Shown: positions 60,966 through 64,000 of the stretch, piece after piece
Layout of the letters: each line of letters begins with the position of its first letter
Numbering within the stretch: position 1 is the stretch's first letter
Assembly (NCBI GenBank): GCA_965203325.1
Contig: OZ241875.1
Location: 3,104,001 to 3,168,000, forward strand
Direction of reading: 5' to 3'
Length of the DNA: 64,000 nt
From: a bacterium
GTDB taxonomy: Bacteria; UBA8248
Program-made: the position numbers and the translations under genes
Notes under the pieces: generated by a model
Database searches by the model: none
What the model saw: the letters and a program-made list of their open reading frames with translations, nothing else
Told to the model about the DNA's origin: nothing

Positions 60966-60987
60966 AATCTTTCAGCGAGAGTGCAAC

Positions 60988-62046
60988 TTAACGGCGTTTT
61001 CCGCCCACGATGTTCGCCGCGCGTTTCTGGCGCTTGATCATCCAGTTCTTGGGCGCCTCGATGCCGCTTCGATCCAGAATGTCGAGGTTGTGCTGGAAAG
61101 CCATGTAGTTCTGGATGTAGCTGAGCGTGCCGCCACGGTAGGGCGTGCCGGGAGGCAGGCGTCCTTCGATCAGATCGATCACGTTATAAACAGCCTCACT
61201 CGCCATGGCGATCTGCTCGGCCAGGACAGCCGCATGCACCCAGCCGTCGCGAATGTCTTTTTCGATGCCGACGACGAGGTTGTGCGTCACGATCTTGATC
61301 TGGCCGGGTTTGTAACCGGCCGCTTTCACGGCGTCCACCGTGCCGCGAGCGATGAGCGTCGCCCAGGGGTAGATGCCTTTCACATCGGGATGTTTCTTGA
61401 GCAGGTCTTCCGCCGTCTGGTATGCATGCTGCACGTTCGACTTGGTGAATTCCTTGGCCACAATCTTGATTTTCGGGTAGTGGCTCATATATTCCTCAAA
61501 ACCTTTTGCCATGGAGGTCACCATCTCGATGCCGCTGGGTCCGGGCAGCATCATGACTTTGCCCTCGTAATTGATGCCATGCGCCAGGGTGGAGGCGATG
61601 AGAACGCCCAGTTCGTAGCTGTTTTTCATGACGCGGTTCTTAACGCGATCACTGTCGAGGTCGATGTTGTCCACGACGACCTTGACGCCTTTTTCCATCG
61701 CCTTGTGTACGGCGTCCACCATCCCCTTGGTGCTGATGGGGCAGATGATCATCCCGTCGTACTTCGCCGCGATGATGTCCTCCACGTGAGCCACCTGCTT
61801 GGGCAGGAACTCATAGCCGCCTGCATCGAACATCGTCACGGTTACACCGGCTTTTTTGGCCGCCTGGACGCTGCCGTACCATTTCGAGAAGAAATAGGGG
61901 TCGACGCCGTTCGGCACGACGACGGCAATCTTGTATTTCTTCTTCGCCTTCACCCGGGCGTCGGCGTCCGGGGTTGCCGCCATCGACACGAACATAAACG
62001 TGACGACGGAAGCGAGAATCATGAAAGTGCGGAACAGTTTTTTCAT
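60988..62046 (-). CDS. Sugar ABC transporter substrate-binding protein
   Basis: Signal peptide; DPYF, Q...VED.I....DG.II.P, GP.G, ..DLL.KHPDVKGI. Confidence 0.85.
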   Translation of the reverse strand: MKKLFRTFMILASVVTFMFVSMAATPDADARVKAKKKYKIAVVVPNGVDPYFFSKWYGSVQAAKKAGVTVTMFDAGGYEFLPKQVAHVEDIIAAKYDGMIICPISTKGMVDAVHKAMEKGVKVVVDNIDLDSDRVKNRVMKNSYELGVLIASTLAHGINYEGKVMMLPGPSGIEMVTSMAKGFEEYMSHYPKIKIVAKEFTKSNVQHAYQTAEDLLKKHPDVKGIYPWATLIARGTVDAVKAAGYKPGQIKIVTHNLVVGIEKDIRDGWVHAAVLAEQIAMASEAVYNVIDLIEGRLPPGTPYRGGTLSYIQNYMAFQHNLDILDRSGIEAPKNWMIKRQKRAANIVGGKRR

Positions 62047-62134
62047 CTTGAATCTCCTCGTCGCAGAATGGGTTTCACGGACGAAGCGCTCTCCTCCGCG
62101 AAAGGGAAAAATGACTGCCGAAAGAACATATTTC

Positions 62135-63130
62135 CTATTCCCGCCGCTTGCGGGAACTCAAAACCACTGCCGCAATGAGCAGCAAGCCTACCACCACCTC
62201 CCGGGCGAATGTACCCACGCCCAGGAGAATGAGACCATTGAGCAAAAATGTCAGGAACAGCGTCCCGATCGCGGCTTGCGTCACGCCGCCCTCGCCGCCG
62301 TGGAACGTCGTGCCTCCCACCACAGTGGCCGCCAGGGACTGGAATTCAAGCTGAAACCCCGCGAGGCCGTTCGTGGCCGGGAGTCTTGCCAGGTAAAGGA
62401 ACGAGGTGATGCCCACGCAGATGCCGCTGATTAAGTAGCAAATGAGCTTCACCTTGCCCGTATCGATGCCCGAGAGCCGCGCGGCCTCCTCGTTCCCGCC
62501 GGTTAGATAGATCGCCCGGCCGAGCACCGTTCGTTTCGTCAGCAGGTAGAGAATGATGAAGAAGAAGATGGCGATGAACAGCGTGCCGGGGATGTGGAAG
62601 AAATCCGTGAGCCCGATGGCTTGCAGGATATCTTTTTGCTCGCCCGTGAACTGGTGAATGGTGCGACCACCCGTGAATACCAGTGCGATGCCTGCGCAGA
62701 TGAAGAGCATGCTCAGGGTGACGATGAAAGGCTGTATCTTCACGCGGCCCACGAGATAGCCGTTGATGAAACCGAAAATCGTCGCCATTCCGATGCCCAT
62801 CAACACGCCCACGGCAAGGCCGAAGTCCAGTATGCCCTGCGCCATCACGACGCTCGAGAGGCTGAGCAGGGAACCTTGACTCAAATCGATGCCTGAAACG
62901 AGGAGCACCATGCTTTGGCCCGCGACGATGAAGAACAGGAGAGATGCGTTTCTGAGTTGGTTGGTCAAATTGTGGGCTTCGATGAAGTTGTTCACATAGC
63001 CCATCAACTGGAGAACGTAAAATATGATCATCATCAGGATGAACACGACGAGCAAACCATATTTTTCGTAATTGAAGTTGGCCAACAAGGAGGCCGATGG
63101 TCTGACCGGAGCCTCCGCTACATTCGCCAT
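62135..63130 (-). CDS. Sugar ABC transporter permease
   Basis: SGIDLS.GS, GGNEEAARLSGI, A.VVGGT...GGEG. Confidence 0.9.
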   Translation of the reverse strand: MANVAEAPVRPSASLLANFNYEKYGLLVVFILMMIIFYVLQLMGYVNNFIEAHNLTNQLRNASLLFFIVAGQSMVLLVSGIDLSQGSLLSLSSVVMAQGILDFGLAVGVLMGIGMATIFGFINGYLVGRVKIQPFIVTLSMLFICAGIALVFTGGRTIHQFTGEQKDILQAIGLTDFFHIPGTLFIAIFFFIILYLLTKRTVLGRAIYLTGGNEEAARLSGIDTGKVKLICYLISGICVGITSFLYLARLPATNGLAGFQLEFQSLAATVVGGTTFHGGEGGVTQAAIGTLFLTFLLNGLILLGVGTFAREVVVGLLLIAAVVLSSRKRRE

Positions 63131-63145
63131 GATGTTGAATCTCCC

Positions 63146-64000
63146 TTAGTTTTTCTGCTCGCGCAGGGTGCTGACCCAGATGGAGGCGAGAATCACCAAA
63201 CCGACGATAATTTGTTGTCGGTAGGTGTCGATTCCCATGATGTTCAGACCGTTCACCAGGAATATGATCAGGAAAACACCCAGCGTCGTACCCAGCACGC
63301 CGCCTCGCCCGCCGAAAATATGCGTGCCGCCGATGATGGTCGCTCCGATCGATTGGAGCAGTTGATCGCCGCCGCCCAGCCTCGGTTCGCCCGCAGCGCT
63401 GACGTTCGCCGAAAGAAGAAGCCCTGCGAAGCCGCACAGAAGACCGCCGATGCCGAAAATGGCGATCTTCATGCCCGGATAGTTGATGCCGGCGGAAATC
63501 GCCGTTTGCTCGTTCCCGCCCAGGGCGTACACGTAAGTGCCGAAGCGGGTGTATTTGAGCAGATACCACATGGTGCCCAGCGCGATGAGTATCCAGATGA
63601 ATGTAAAGGGAATGGGCCCGAGATTCCCTTTCGCCAGAAAGACGTATGCTTCTTCCACGTGCTTCGGCAGCGTTGCGCCCTCGCGTGCGCCTCCCATCTG
63701 AAGGCCGCCGGTCCAAAGCTGGGCCGTGCCGCTGCCGATGAAGAGCATCCCCAGTGTTGCGATGAATGGCTGCACCCTGACGACGCCGACGAAAAACCCG
63801 TTGATGACGCCGCAAAGCAGACCGATGCCGAGGCCGGCGATGAGACCAATGAAAAACCCGAAATGCAGCATCGCGCTCCAGGCCATCACGCTCACCACGC
63901 TCATGATGGAGCCTTGCGAAAGGTCGAATCCCGCCGACACGATGACCAATGTCTGGGCATAGGCCAAAAAGAAGAGCCATGCGTCTCGGCGCACGACGTT
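63146..64000 (-). CDS. Sugar ABC transporter permease (5' end outside the window)
   Basis: AGFDLS.GS, PFIATLGM, YALGGNE..A..AGI, IIGGT...GG.G. Confidence 0.85.
   Translation of the reverse strand, partial: NVVRRDAWLFFLAYAQTLVIVSAGFDLSQGSIMSVVSVMAWSAMLHFGFFIGLIAGLGIGLLCGVINGFFVGVVRVQPFIATLGMLFIGSGTAQLWTGGLQMGGAREGATLPKHVEEAYVFLAKGNLGPIPFTFIWILIALGTMWYLLKYTRFGTYVYALGGNEQTAISAGINYPGMKIAIFGIGGLLCGFAGLLLSANVSAAGEPRLGGGDQLLQSIGATIIGGTHIFGGRGGVLGTTLGVFLIIFLVNGLNIMGIDTYRQQIIVGLVILASIWVSTLREQKN

Overview
A GC-rich bacterial window whose gene content resembles marine sponge symbionts (an inference; taxonomy cannot be fixed without a search). Left to right it holds: an FAH-family/class III aminotransferase operon ending in two AhpD/CMD-like genes; an Amt transporter; a Panacea (DUF4065) antitoxin-toxin pair; small catabolic genes; a complete rRNA operon (16S, tRNA-Ile, tRNA-Ala, 23S, 5S); a sugar ABC transporter; a large Calx-beta/cadherin-like autotransporter; a sugar-modification operon (amgK-like, two GNATs, mshA-like glycosyltransferase, PIG-L deacetylase, nagZ); ychF; a ~15 kb NHLP/proteusin RiPP cluster; a 2-hydroxyisobutyryl-CoA mutase operon; a Tat-exported molybdoenzyme; and part of a second sugar ABC transporter. 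Highlights: (1) The RiPP cluster has a precursor core LCCCW, a YcaO enzyme and a halogenase, matching the srp type. It also encodes an NHLP leader fused to a class II terpene-cyclase-like domain, an AlkB-like di-iron enzyme fused to a degenerate GlnE domain, and a possible prenyltransferase. (2) ORFs 2667-2912 and 2919-3338 appear to be one CxxU selenoprotein with a SECIS-like hairpin, next to a paralog lacking the redox motif. (3) A diverged duplicate of the hcmA 3' end brackets a solute-binding gene. (4) Modular intergenic repeats combine GTAG REPs with TTGAAAAAG-type inverted ends that also occur on an IS remnant. No CRISPR array was seen.
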